Assembly: GCF_006345805.1 (NCBI RefSeq)
Contig: NC_043012.1
Coordinates: 36,084,001 to 36,148,000 of the forward strand
Reading direction: 5' to 3'
Origin: Octopus sinensis
Taxonomy: Eukaryota
DNA: 64,000 nt
This document shows, one piece after another, positions 63,640 to 64,000 of the stretch. Made by a program: the position numbers and the translations under genes. The first letter of the stretch is position 1. Each line of letters opens with the position of its first letter. The notes beneath the pieces were generated by a model. The model ran no database searches and was not told the origin of the DNA. It saw nothing but the letters and a program-made list of their open reading frames with translations.

Positions 63640-63835
63640 CTACATTTGAATCGTTGGCAATTTTCTTCCTCCGTCTTCCTTTTCTTTTGGACTTTCCTTT
63701 GTTTCTGAAGAAGAGCGTCTGCTCGAAATGTTAAACCATCTTTCTTTCCTTCTCTGAGCGTCTGCTAATACTTTATATGTACCACGTCCTCTTGTTGTTG
63801 TTTTTTTGTATTTGTTCTTCTTTTTTGGATTTACT
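63640..63835 (+). mobile_element. Penelope-like-derived non-autonomous element, paralogue of 34241-34440
   Basis: Shares the hammerhead block and 'ctgagcgt..ctaatac' with the reverse complement of 34241-34440; ends in (TA)n. Confidence 0.55.
63701..63736 (+). ncRNA. Minimal type I hammerhead-like motif in a spondin intron, sense strand
   Basis: gttt CTGAAGA a GAGC gtct GCTC GAAA TG TT/ aaac; stem I covaries with 34333-34368. Confidence 0.62.
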
Positions 63836-64000
63836 ATATATATATATACTAGCACTATATACTAGCAACGCCAGGTCATAGTGCTAGTACATGCATATAC
63901 AGCTGCGTGCGTGCGCACATACACGTGAGTACTGTCCAAATCTCCGACCAATCACATACAGCTAGCAAACTTTCAATTGGCGTATCAAGTTTCGGGCATT

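Overview
AT-rich, microsatellite-saturated eukaryotic DNA. Its SINE content and repeat style point to an octopus (coleoid cephalopod) genome; this is an inference. The only host gene I can support is a + strand spondin-1/F-spondin-like gene with three in-phase internal exons (56674-56750, 59751-59888, 62851-63002), covering the Reeler C-terminus and the start of the Spondin_N domain. Its upstream exons are not visible; a 100-N gap lies just upstream at 55905-56004. The window opens with a near full-length but frameshifted Tx1/L1-type non-LTR retrotransposon on the - strand (1-~5130). The rest is mostly dozens of tRNA-derived SINE copies (two dominant families), simple repeats, four minisatellites and several TA-embedded fold-back elements. 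The main discovery is seven type-I hammerhead-ribozyme-like motifs at six loci. They have conserved CTGAnGA/GAAA cores, a compensatory stem I change between two paralogues, and short or palindromic stem III, and most sit in TA-embedded, often inverted-repeat, non-coding elements resembling Penelope-like/retrozyme derivatives. One fold-back carries two opposed, complementarily damaged hammerheads; another motif (53395-53445) has a fully intact core. Also notable are a 1-kb 52-bp array built of STAT/ETS-type palindromes and a triple AGGTCA DR2 element inside a spondin intron. Almost all long ORFs in the supplied track are microsatellite read-through artefacts.
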